DNA of 64,000 nucleotides from Eledone cirrhosa (lineage: Eukaryota): positions 45,012,001-45,076,000 of the forward strand of contig OZ024750.1 of assembly GCA_964016885.1 (NCBI GenBank), in the 5' to 3' direction. A program made the translations under genes and the position numbers. Positions 30,291 to 42,808 of the stretch are shown piece by piece; the stretch's first letter is position 1, and each line of letters begins with the position of its first letter. Under the pieces are notes generated by a model that was not told the origin of the DNA, made no database searches, and saw only the letters and a list, made by a program, of their open reading frames with translations.

Positions 30291-31566
30291 TGTTTGAACT
30301 TCACAGAATATTGTCTTGACCACGTGGAGTTGAATTTATTAAATAGGGACCAACGTTTATTGGGCTGTTCTACCTTGAGCCCTAAACCAACCTAACCCGA
30401 TTGGTAGTCTCACAGTGGCAGTAACATCCCTGCACATATTCTCCCAATTGTTTTTAATGAACCTGACCATATTGTAGTTTATGGTATTAGCACGAGTCTC
30501 CATTTCCATAATATCTTAAGACTCATTTATTGTCGGCTCATTTTTAGAAGCAGCATTTACTCGCCCCGTCGTAACTCCATTGCTACATAGGGAGAGTTTT
30601 GTTTTCTGAGAGACAAGAGTGTCAATCTTTGTTACATATCTCCTAATAGCTTAACGTTGTTCGGTCCAAAGTTACATATTCTTCAACCAGGAACATATTT
30701 ATATCGCAACTAATCATCATATCTAGTGGTCTTATCGCTCTTCGCCACATGTAACGTGTTATCCAGGAAAACAGCACTGCTGAGATTTATGATATTTTTT
30801 TTTGTGGGGGAGGCGTATGAGGAGGTTGTTGGTGATAATTAGATTACTTTATGGCTTTCATTAGTTAATTTTCTTTTAGTAAACCAAATTAGTATAGGTT
30901 CAATAGTACACAATAACCTAATAATTAACCTTATTATAGTCACCGATTCAGTTCCAGAGTTGCAGTAGAACTATGTTAGTGACCAGGTCACAAAACGTGC
31001 GACGAATGTGTTGAGACATAAATAATCCTATTCGAATTTAATTCAATGTATGTGTGTGTGTGGGTGTGTGGGTGTGTGGGTGTGTGGGGGTGGGGGGGTG
31101 GGGGGGGGGGGGGGGGGGGTGGGTATCACAACCCTTCATTTTCTATTTTTGTATTCTACTCTGCACAGCTGCTTTTAAACAAATATCTGTTGTCTAATGT
31201 TATCGTATATTTGGTTATAAGCTATAAGCAAATGGCAAGCATGGCTATTTCCCTTTGAAGGAAGCTGAGGGGATTTCAGGCTGAAATTAGTATGGCGAAT
31301 GTTCATTGATATTTTATTAACAGGAGTAGGGAAGTAGTCATCAACTTCCAGGGTGGGGGAAGCCGTAGAAAGAGACTCCTTTTTGTCCGTTACAGACCAG
31401 GAGAGATGATATGAGCTGGAAGCCAATGGGAGAAGACGAGCAGGGATTTCCCTACCACTGTCAGTCTACCAATCGGGTTAGGTGGGGTTAGGGCTCAAGG
31501 GAGAATAACCCAATGAACGTTGGACCCTATTTAATAAGGTCAAGTCAATGTTCTTTAAAGTTCAAA
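30291..31566. mobile_element. Non-autonomous DNA transposon-like element with imperfect TIRs of about 130-140 bp
   Basis: 30291-30433 (ttattaaatagggaccaacgtttattggg..ttgagccctaaaccaacctaacccgattggtag..cagtgg..atccctgc) mirrors 31440-31566. Confidence 0.75.
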
Positions 31567-31647
31567 GTATATGAATATGAAGTATCTTCTTTAAATTCTA
31601 ATCGTTATTATTAAACATTAATATAGTTTTCAATAACAAACTGTAAT

Positions 31648-31807
31648 TTAACTCTTTAGCTTTTACACAGGTCATATCCGACCACAAATCTCACACCTCT
31701 TTCTGTTTAAACCGACCATAACCGGTTGGTCATACCGATGTCAATGTATTGTTGTCAAAATAAATAACATCAAAAATCTTGCAGAGTAATAAATGTTAAA
31801 GGGTTAA
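31648..31807. mobile_element. piggyBac-like MITE (TTAA-flanked)
   Basis: ttaactctttagc...aaatgttaaagggttaa; same family at 38006 and 56103. Confidence 0.65.
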
Positions 31808-32509
31808 ACAAATATATGTAATCAACAAAAACCAAAGGCAACTGCAGTAAATTCTAACAGTCAATGTTATGTTAAGAGATACATATTTTACTTAACTAAC
31901 TTCTTTTATTCCTAACTAACTATATTGTTTAATTTCAAGAAAATGTTCAGGTGTAGTTTTCTCAAGTAACTTTAACTAGTTTGTCGTTTATATAGGAAAG
32001 TACACGTCTTCATATAAGTATTTAATTATGTAGTGTCTATGTGTATGAGTATGTATGTGTTGCTGTGTGTGTGTTATTTTATAAAGCTGTTAATGTGTTG
32101 ATAATGTGTTAATATAAGTGAAATCACATTGCCATTGATAGGGTCGGGACATTCTTGTTGAAATACTACCAAATGTTCGTGGAATAAGTACAGAGCTAAA
32201 GATCATACGCATGGATTTTGATTTCAATTCACTTGTACGTTCACGTAGTAACGTGTCATAACATATTATAACATAAACAATTAAATTCATGTAGCAATGC
32301 AGGGTTGCCTGTAGGAAGTCAGCATCCACTAAAACAACACTTCCCCTCATCAAAACATCAAATTCACGGTGAAGCTAGGGTGGCTGAGCAGCCAAAATGT
32401 ATTTTGTCAGTTGCCCCCGAAACCTTTAATATCACAGCTTTTAAAATTGTACAGTCTTATGAATATCAATGCAAGATGTGGGAAATAGAGAGGAAATAAA
32501 TGTGATTAA

Positions 32510-32716
32510 GATAATTGTTTCTACTTTAGGCACAAGGCCAGCAATTTCGAGGGAAAGTCGATTAAATCAACACCAGTGCATTACTGGTACTTTATTTTAT
32601 AGACCCCGTAAGGACGAAAGGCAAAGCTAACCTCGGCATGATTTGAATTCAGAACGTAAAGGGTCGTAACTCTATGCCGTGAAGCATACTGTCCGATGCT
32701 CTACCGATAATGCCAA
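32510..32716 (-). mobile_element. Deu/Nin SINE
   Basis: Reverse complement of the SINE consensus from tail (aattgtttctact) to head (ccgataatgccaat). Confidence 0.8.
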
Positions 32717-33673
32717 TGATGAAAGGACAGGAGAGAGTTATGGTGTGGGAGAAAGGTGGAAGAAGAGAGGAAGGAGTAAGAAAATTGAGGAGAAGGAGAA
32801 GAAAGAGGATAATGATGATGGCAATGAAGAGAGGGAGAAAGGGGAGGAGGAGATGGGGGTGAGGAGGGGAAGGGGAAAGAGGAGGAAGGGGGGGGGATTA
32901 CGTGGAGACGAAGACGGAAAATTGTTGGTCGAGAAAGGAAAATAGAAGAAAAAATAAACAGGAAAGGAGGATGCGCTTGATGATGATGATGGTGGTGATG
33001 ATGATTATGATGATGATGATAATGATGGTGGTGATGATGATGATGGTGATGATGGTGATGAAGATGATGATGATGATGATGGTGATGGTGATTAAGATGA
33101 TGAAGAAGATGACGATGGTGATGATGATGATGATGAGGATGATGGTGATGATGATGATGATCGTGATGGTGGTGATAATAATAATGATGATGATGATGAT
33201 CGTGATGATGATGATGATTTTGATGATGGCGATGATGATGGTGATGATGATGATGATGATAGCGATATTGGTGATGATGATGATGATGATGGTGATGGTG
33301 ACGGGGATAATAACAATAATGATGATGATGATGATGATGCTGACGCTGAGGATGCCTTTAAAGATGATATTGAAGATGATGTTGCTGTTGGAGAGAGAGA
33401 GAGAGGGGGGGGGGGGTGAGGACAGTATTGATGATTAGAGGTGTGGTGTGAAATAAAAGTGAAAGTGTAACAAGGGGAGGTAATGGCGGGAATTAAAGTC
33501 ACTGTTAAGCTTGTTTACTTTCTGTATAGGAATGGTGACAAATGGTAGCGTAACGTTAACAACCTTAAAGCATACTGCTTTATAATTAGACAGAATTCTT
33601 CACTCTATCACCTCATTATAACAGCCCTGTACTACCCCACCACTTCACCTCCACTTCAAACTCTTTTATCCTC

Positions 33674-33744
<71 letters not shown>

Positions 33745-33775
33745 TTAATCTCACCCTCTGTGAATACACACACAA

Positions 33776-33823
<48 letters not shown>

Positions 33824-33931
33824 GTATATATATGCATAATACATAAATGCATATATATATATATATATGTATATATATGCATAATACATAAATGCATATA
33901 TATATATATATATATATGCATAATACATAAA

Positions 33932-33968
<37 letters not shown>

Positions 33969-33972
<4 letters not shown>

Positions 33973-34153
33973 AGATGAGATTCTACAGGACTAGAACTGT
34001 TTCATTCTTTAGAAATCATCAGGAATCTGATGATTTCTAAAGAATGAAACAGTTCTAGTCCTGTAGAATCTCATCTATATTAAAACTTTTATACTCTGCA
34101 ATGTATTGAGTACCTTACTTACTGTGGTTACCTCCGATTCAACCCGGAATAAC

Positions 34154-34156
<3 letters not shown>
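33969..34156 (+). mobile_element. Family B element with an inverted 5' duplication (back-to-back HHR cores)
   Basis: 33969-34022 is the reverse complement of 34027-34079; tail ...tattgagtaccttacttactgtggttacctccgattcaacccggaataacg(ta)n. Confidence 0.85.
33979..34027 (-). ncRNA. Type I hammerhead ribozyme motif
   Basis: gattc-CTGATGA-t-ttc-taaa-gaa-t-GAA-acag-ttctagtc-ctgt-A-gaatc: 5-bp stem I, 4-bp stem III, GUA triplet. Confidence 0.8.
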
Positions 34157-34209
<53 letters not shown>

Positions 34210-34300
34210 TATAGGTTATTATTTTATCCAGGAGACTCCAACCGTGAAGGTTGCATTTTTTCAGGGTATGTCAATATTTATTTATAAGACTAATCTATAT

Positions 34301-34370
34301 TATATTTTATCTGATGAAAGCGCACCATAATCTGCTTTGGTGGCTCTTGAAATGTGTATAATGAAATATA
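34301..34370 (+). ncRNA. Type I hammerhead ribozyme motif (same architecture as 1219 and 53185)
   Basis: tatattttat-CTGATGA-aagcgcacca..tggtggctctt-GAA-atgtgtat-A-atgaaatata. Confidence 0.7.
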
Positions 34371-34399
34371 TATGGTTTTATAAATATAGTTTCTATTTG

Positions 34400-34449
<50 letters not shown>

Positions 34450-34452
<3 letters not shown>

Positions 34453-34590
34453 CGAAGTAAGTGTGGTAAGGAACCAGATGGACCATAACGCAACAGAGTA
34501 CTCAATACTTAGGTTAGTAGTGTGGGTAATAGGGAAAATGTTTAACCCCGACGGCAGAGCTCAAGCCGTTTCGGCGGCTATTTCTGGACT
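34450..34590 (-). mobile_element. Family A element without the fold-back arm, fused to another repeat (34592-34715, also at 48190-48315)
   Basis: Homology to 13108-13245; stops at the same ctggact point. Confidence 0.75.
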
Positions 34591-34739
34591 GCCAATACAA
34601 GAGCAAGAATCACGTGTTCATTCTACTGACATGGCTATAAAATTGAGGCTTGTTTGCATAATTGCAAATGAATCGAATGTTATTATTAATATTCAAAAAC
34701 CTCAGTTTAAATTTATTATATATATATATATATATATAC

Positions 34740-34780
<41 letters not shown>

Positions 34781-34855
34781 CACATGCAAATATATATATA
34801 TATATATATGTACACATATTCATCTATATATGCATATATATACATTTATACACAG

Positions 34856-34890
<35 letters not shown>

Positions 34891-34917
34891 AATTTATATA
34901 CATATACATATATATTC

Positions 34918-34963
<46 letters not shown>

Positions 34964-35468
34964 TTGTGTGTGTGAATACATTTTAAAATATATGTTTGTG
35001 TATACGAGGTAACTACGTGAGCAACGACGTAATTATAAGGTGAGGTCAGTGAGTACATGTTTTTACTAACATTCCTGGTTCAAATTTTTCGTATGTCGGT
35101 ATCTCATCTGATTTCAATAACAACAATAACAACAACAACAACTATAATGATATAAATAATAATAATGATAATAATGAATACGACAGAGGGTCGATAGTGC
35201 ATTAGTTCCTGATATAGGCTCTAAGACAAAGATGACGAAACATGAAGCTATAAGATGTCATAGCAAACATTGCACCATTATAGAAAAGACATACAAAAAA
35301 TAGTGTGTGAGTATCTGTGTACAAATGTGTGTGTGTGTGGGTGTGCAATAGTTTGAGAGTGTGTGTGTACCTGTTTCTGTGTGTACGTGTGTATTTCTAT
35401 TTAAACATGCTGAGAAATTTAAAGTGTAGAGTAGATGTTTGTAATTTACGGACATAACTTTTGTATAT

Positions 35469-35502
<34 letters not shown>

Positions 35503-35591
35503 ACATACACATATATATAAATGTATATATATTATATATATGTATATATGTATAGTATATATATATATATATATACATATGTATAATATAT

Positions 35592-35643
<52 letters not shown>

Positions 35644-35690
35644 TGTGTGAGTGTGTTTATATTTATATATATATATATAAATATATATAT

Positions 35691-35758
35691 TTCTACCTAA
35701 CTCGTCTCATGGACTGAGTGCTCTCCCACTACGGATATTACCTTCCAGTGTTGTACCT
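35691..35758 (+). mobile_element. Family C tail-only copy in (TA)n
   Basis: ttctacctaactcgtctcatggactgagtgctctcccactacggatattaccttccagtgtt matches the reverse complement of about 53911-53974. Confidence 0.75.
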
Positions 35759-35789
35759 ATATAAATATAGATATACAAGTTAATATAAA

Positions 35790-35851
<62 letters not shown>

Positions 35852-35869
35852 ATCAATATATATATATAT

Positions 35870-35937
<68 letters not shown>

Positions 35938-36033
35938 ATATATATATATATATATATCATTATATATATATATATATTTCATTATATATATATATCATTA
36001 TATATATATATATATCATTATATATATATATAT

Positions 36034-36069
<36 letters not shown>

Positions 36070-36263
36070 TTATATATATATATCATTATATATATATATC
36101 ATTATATATATATATATATATATCATTATATATATATATATCATTATATATATATATCATTATATATATATATATATCAATATATATATATATATATATC
36201 AATATATATATATATCAATATATATATATATCAATATATATATATATCAATATATATATATAT

Positions 36264-36299
<36 letters not shown>

Positions 36300-36347
36300 A
36301 TATATATATATATCAATATATATATATATCAATATATATATATATAT

Positions 36348-36389
<42 letters not shown>

Positions 36390-36788
36390 ATATATATATA
36401 TATATACATACATATATATATATACATACATATATATATATTGAGAGATACTTCAATATAACAATATATAAATTATGTAAAAGCTTTTAAGTTTACTTAT
36501 ATTTTAGTGCTATTTATCACATGAACATATAATAATATCTGCTTGTTAACAACTGACATCATCTCTACAGGGACCATATTTGTATAGTTTTCACATATCT
36601 TAAACTCAATTTCGACTAAGTACTCATCTACGACGCCGTCCCTTACAGCAGCCCTATCTATTTACCAACATTCATGTTTTGCTTGAATAAATGTCGACAA
36701 CACTAATCAAAGAGAGAAACTTCGTCTGTTTATGTAATAGGTACATTTGCTAAGAAACTTGACTTCTGTCGATATACAATCGTTTCTC

Positions 36789-36861
<73 letters not shown>

Positions 36862-36879
36862 ATATATAACTATGTGTAT

Positions 36880-37210
36880 ACTCTGGGAATGTATCTTACA
36901 TTGCCCATGGAAGAGTCTGATATACAACCGGTCCTGGCATGAGGGGAAACAGAAATTATATAAGTAGGACCTACTCTTGAAGAGATGGGTTTTATTATCA
37001 ACAAACAATTGTTTCAGCAAATCACCGAGTTGATACGATAAGGGAGAATCTTTAGTGAGGAAGGGAAACTGGACAGAGAAATAGACTAGATTCAGAAGAC
37101 AAACTCAGCCATGAACTAGTTAGAACCTCTCCTAAAGAACCTCAACATAACTATGAGGACTAAAGCTAGTGTGATCAACTCAAACTTTATTCACACGCTC
37201 ACCAACTTGG
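36880..37210 (+). pseudogene. Possible degenerate RTE-type RT fragment
   Basis: Remnant EGKLDREID.IQKTNSA...TKASVINSNFIHTLT resembles the post-RT EIxxRIxKA...K..V...PTLTY region; many disruptions. Confidence 0.35.
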
Positions 37211-37819
37211 GTAACACGTTGACTCTGAGTAACACCATACCCTGGAAGATGTCTCCAGTGAGCAGCTGGTGAAACCAAGATTAGAATGGTAGACATGAGA
37301 CATGGTTGGTGCCTACCATTCCATTCATAGCTCAACTGTTACCTGATACCACAGGTCAGCAAACTCTGCGGACCTATAACACAAATCATTTGTCCTTTGG
37401 AGAAGACAACGCCAGCAATGGATTGACGGGATCACGCAGGCACCCGCCACTATCATAGGTATTACGAGACACACTCCACACCTGACTGTAAATTTAGGTC
37501 GATTGACAATGGAAAATGTTTACATATTTGTCCGATCCACCGGATTCATTGCGAATATACAGTTTAGGGAAAGGTTTATGATTGATGTTAGTATTAAAGT
37601 TACGGTTTCCTCATCGGCTCGTATATACACACATTATATATAGTGTGTAGGCAGTACGGGGAAATACTAGTGTGGTACCAAATCAAACACTAGAATAGAA
37701 AAAAACGAGTAAGTTTCGTTTGCATATGAAAAATATTTATTGCGTATTGACCTGTTACGTGCGTTTCGCAGAGGAATGACTCAAGGTGACCCATAGGAAT
37801 TATGTGCACAGAGTGCTTG

Positions 37820-37857
<38 letters not shown>

Positions 37858-38005
37858 AGTAGGAGAATAAACAACCAAATTCTTTGTTTATAATTGTTTG
37901 AAAGGACAAAATCACAATTTGATCCATAAGATCGAGACTGGGCCACTACCAGTATCGCGAGGAGCACTTGGAAAACTTTCTAATGATTTCTGGCCTCAAA
38001 ACTCA

Positions 38006-38241
38006 TTAGTCCTTTAGTATTTAAACCGGCCATATCAGCCAGAATTCTCTCACCTGTTTCGGCTCAAACTGGCCGTAGCTGGTCACATATAGGAATCTTA
38101 ATGGTATTTTCCTAAAAAAAAAAATAACATAAAAATCTCATAGATTCAATATCATGTGAGATAATTATGTGAGATAAAGGGTTTACCATAAAAATACAAT
38201 ACAATAGTAAATATAGAGTAATGTAAATGCTAAAGGGTTAG
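38006..38241. mobile_element. piggyBac-like MITE
   Basis: ttagtcctttagtattt...aaatgctaaagggttag; interior homologous to 56103-56393. Confidence 0.65.
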
Positions 38242-38334
38242 AGAGGTTCCCTGTGCTCCTCGCGATATTACCCTCTGGTGGTCGCTCGGTTGTCCATCTT
38301 CCCTTTATATGTGCTTTCATTCTGTAAGCATTGT

Positions 38335-38545
38335 ATAATTGTTTCTACTTTGGGCACAAGGGCAGCAATTACCCAGTACATTACTGGTACTTTATTTTAT
38401 CGACCCCGTAAGAATGAAAGGTAAAGTTAACCTCGGCGGAATTTGAGGTTAACTTTGCCTTTCATCCTGACGGGGTCGATAAAATAAAGTACCAGTAATG
38501 TACTGAGTAATTGCTGGCCTTGTGCCAAAATTATAAACAATTATT
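38335..38545. mobile_element. Fold-back (head-to-head) Deu/Nin SINE 3' halves
   Basis: aattgtttctact...aaagttaacctc-ggcggaattt-gaggttaacttt...aaacaatt. Confidence 0.85.
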
Positions 38546-40149
38546 ATATTTCTATTTATTTTTATTTATAACGTTATTATTATTATTATTATTAATTTTT
38601 TTTGTAATTTGAATAAAATATCTCTTGTAGATTGAGACCTATCGATATATGAATCAATAGGCCTAGGTGATATTAAAATAGAACTATGGTCAGACCTCAT
38701 CTTCAAAACGTATGAAACAAATTTCCAAAATACATCACTTATTGAGGAAACTAGAAAAAACATGAAACACGTAGCAGACCACTTAACAAAAGAAGAACCA
38801 CGTTCTCTTGCTTTCGCCGCACGCTTGTCTTGCATATTGTACGTATTCCAGCGCATTAGCCTGGCCATCACCCGAGGTAACACTGCCAGTGTGCTGGCTT
38901 GCATCAAAACTCATTAGAGAGGTTGCCAGGTACTCTTGGCTGCTGTCTTTTGCTCTGGTGTTGGCTCCGTTGTTCAACCCTTCCTTTACATTTTCTTTAA
39001 TATTGCAACATTAAAGGAATATATCTTTCTGGAAGAATCGCGAGCTATTTATAATGTTGTCTAAGCATTTGTAATGTTATTTATGTATATATTTAAAACA
39101 TATTTGGTATGTTATTCTACTGTATATTTATTTATATGCTCTATTCTGAAAGAATTGCAAACGATTTGTAATGTTATTTATAATGTTATTAAAATATTTG
39201 TACGTATTGAGCACATTACATCTACTGGCTTATAATTCTCATAAATTAATCTCTAATCTCTCCTTCTTAATTGGATTGTACACTTACATTTGATATAGAT
39301 ATTGGCGGAGTATGCCAAGTGAATTCAGTGAATTGGACGCGATATTTTGATTGCAGATCTATTGTCAATAATTGTTCACCTCTTGTCGTGGCATTTCAAT
39401 AACTTTGTTACCACTAAATATATGTATATTGCTTTAATCTAGCATATTTACTCGATTCTGTGTGTATGATGGATGCTCTTTTTTTATGTAAACATGTGGA
39501 AATAAGAGAGGATGAAATTGCTTCTATGATAGAAAAACACGCTACGCACACCAGCACCATTTCCGAGGGGAAAAACAATAAGAAAAAGGGTAATTTTAGC
39601 TAAGAAATTTGTGAAAATAGCATGAGAGTTATATAATATAAACAAATAACTAAATGTAAAATAGTTAACCAGTCGACTACTATAACGATAAAGATCAACT
39701 CACTTTATTCTCTCATACTTTCAATTGTGTCCGTGTCTTTCCCTGTACGGTGTAAAGGACATTTATATCCCTCGCAATAAATGTTTCCGTGTTTTATGAC
39801 AGCGAGGTGGGAATACAATTTACTATTTTTATATTCTAACTCCAGCGAAGTCTTTATCTTCTACTTCCTACACAAGAATTCACTTCTCTTAAAGACAAAT
39901 TTATTTAAATTTTGTCGATTAAATTAATTGACGGTTTAAACTGGTTTCCTTGGATACTAGCTTTTCGTTGTTTTCCGTGAAATTTGAAACTTCAATTCTT
40001 GTACTGCCGTCTCCCGCGTTACGGAAACTCGGGTGTATTTCAACAATTTAAAACTTATAATTTCTATTAAGCGAAAAGGCCGATTTTCGACCTTTTAACT
40101 AACATCAAAACGCAGTGACTCTCTCTTCGACAAGTCAAATACCCAAGTG

Positions 40150-40760
40150 ACAGGGTGACCTACTCAGCTTCGTGTCACCGTTGCCCTCAGAGTGGGAGAT
40201 GACGTCTGTACGAGTCTGAAATGTCGGTGTGGTAGGCTCCTCGACTCCACAAGCCTTCACGGTCTATCTTGCCGCCTGAATACTGGTTGCTTCGCGCATC
40301 ACACTCAGCTAAACCTCATCATCAAGAGAGCTTTGGCCCGGGCAAACATCCCCTCAATTTTGGAACCGGCTGGGATGTCCAGAATTGATGGGAAAATACC
40401 TGACGGCTTTACACTGTGTCTCTGGTAAAGAGGCAGGTGCCTTATCTGGGACGTCACAGTTTTGTGACTCTTTTGTTTCTTCCCACACCCTGGATGCAGC
40501 GGTAAGAGCGAGAGCCACAGCTTTCGTAGCCGAACGGAATAACATCCTAAAATACTGTTATCTTTCGGTTAACTACATTTTCCAGCCTGTGACGTTCAAA
40601 ACGTTTGTGGAAGTCGGGTTGCTGTGAGGTCCATATCTTCACTGGCAGTTCGCCTAACAGAGGTAACTGGTGAAGCCCATGAAGGCGCTTGGCTATTCCA
40701 GTGCATCAACCTCGCCATCACGCGAGGTAACGCTGCGAGCGTGCTGGGTTGCCTAAAAAA
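40150..40760 (+). pseudogene. CRE-clade LINE C-terminal zinc finger plus RLE endonuclease fragment
   Basis: VALRVG..VC...CRCG..LD...HGLSC...HHTQLN.IIKRAL...EP.GMSRIDGKIPDG.TL..W..G..LIWDVT...AE...KY...FQPVTF, with stops and frameshifts. Confidence 0.85.
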
Positions 40761-40985
40761 AATAATTAGAAAAGTTTTCTAGTGCGATATTGTTATCTTT
40801 TGTTCTGGCAGCGGTTCGTTTGTCCACCCCTTGCCTTTTGTTGTAAGTGACCCTAGATGTGTGTATTACCTACTTGTGTGTGTGTTTTTCTTTTTTCCTT
40901 TCCCCTTTCTTTCTTTGTTTCTCTTTTTATTTGAAATATTATGTTGACAAATAAAGTTTCATTTCTAAAACTAAAATCACGATAC

Positions 40986-41119
<134 letters not shown>

Positions 41120-41874
41120 CATGATTTTAGTTTTACATATATACATATTTAAATATATATACTTCGTTTTTTAATTTGTTTTGCAAGATTTCTTATCTGA
41201 AAACGTGTGTTGAAACATATTGTTATACTTTGGGAGGGTCATGCTGCCACTAAAAACACATGCACCTGTTGATTGTCACTTCAATTTATTATAAATTTTT
41301 GGTTGGTTGGTTGGTTGGGTCGATAACGGGATGGTTGTTTATATATTGTCAATGCTCTTTCGTCACACGTTCTGTGACCTCAGTCACTGGGTTTTTATTT
41401 TGTGTCTCACCTTGTTTTTTTTATTTGGTTTTGTTTGGGTTTTCCTTAAAAAAAAATCTTTTAGACTGCATCTCAATTCATATCAAGAAAATGAATGCGA
41501 AAATAGGTTTCATGTTATGCAATTCTGCTGCAACATTTGCAGGAATGCTATAATTCCATAATGTGGATGATGCCCTCAAATTGAAGTAATCATCCAACAT
41601 TTAGTTACCTTATTGTTCTCGCTCTTGCCCCCCTCTCTCACTCACCTCCTCTACAGCAGCCAGATATAGGGAGAGCAGGTCATATTTTTTTCTCCCAACA
41701 TCACCCCTTTTGAATCCCACCACACCTATCATACATCCATGACATTATATTTGCTATCCTCCACCCACTTATTGTCACTTATCCATCATATCATATTTAT
41801 CGTCCATCCTTCTGCTTCTCGTCTCATTTTCCTTCCCCCATCCTATTTCCCTCCCTAACAGGGTAGAGAGGGCT

Positions 41875-42450
41875 CTTCAGTCGAGGACTAACAATCTCTA
41901 GTGCCACAATAAAACAAACTAATACACACTATAAAGTGGTTAGTTAGGAAGGGATTCCAGCTATAAAAAATATGGTTGAAATAACCTTTAAGTTATGACA
42001 CAGTAACCTCTCTAGCAATGGTGCAGCAAAAATAAACCCAGTACACACTGTAATGTGGTTGGTGATAAGAAGGGAATCCAGCTGTAGAAACCTTACCATA
42101 AAAGGTTTGAGAGGACACTTCAATAGTGTCTAGGGCATGATAAACTCTTTAGTATTAGTAACCCAATAAAACACACCCAGTATATTCTATAAAGTTGGTC
42201 AACAATAGGAAGGGTACCCAGTCATAGAAAACTTCCCAAATAAAGGGTTGAGAAAACACTTCAATTGTATGAAAGGCATGACAACATCCCTAGAGCTTAT
42301 GCTATGATAAAATACTCTCAATATGTAAACGACGAGATGTGGCAGCCAGCCCGAGGCTTGTAGCTCCTATCAAGTACTGGTCTGTGGCAACCAGTCTAAC
42401 CTTTGCAGGGAAAATGGACATTAAATGATGAAGATGACAATATGATGATG
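41875..42450 (+). mobile_element. Degenerate SINE-like repeat with three internal tandem units and an RTE-like (GAT) tail
   Basis: Motif aggaaggg.atccagct.taaaa/gaaa at about 41946, 42068 and 42207; ends ggaaaatggacattaaatgatgaagatga. Confidence 0.5.
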
Positions 42451-42808
42451 AATATAGATATGAACACAAGATTCTTAATAATACTAATGTAGGTACAAGG
42501 CCAGCAATTTTAAGAGAAAACTCAATTATATCTACCCCAGTACTTTACTACTTTATTTTATCAACCCCATAAGGATGAAAGGTAAAGTTCACGTCAGTGG
42601 GATTTGAACTCAGAACACAAAGAGCCAAGACCACAAGATATTTTATCCAATGTCATTCTCTTCCAATCGTCCACCCCATAGATTCTTTAACAACTGATAC
42701 TCTGTCTTTCTAGTTCCTCTAAACATCGACTGAGACATGTTTCGAAATTTTTTATATCAACTTATTCTTGCATTACTTTCCACACTTCGATAACATATAC
42801 ATTTGTCT

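Noticed and set aside
32679-33502. Poly-M, poly-S and E/K-rich ORFs
   Set aside because: Purine-rich low complexity and (GAT)n repeats.
37745-37800. Minus-strand GAAACgcacGTA half-motif
   Set aside because: No CTGANGA upstream.
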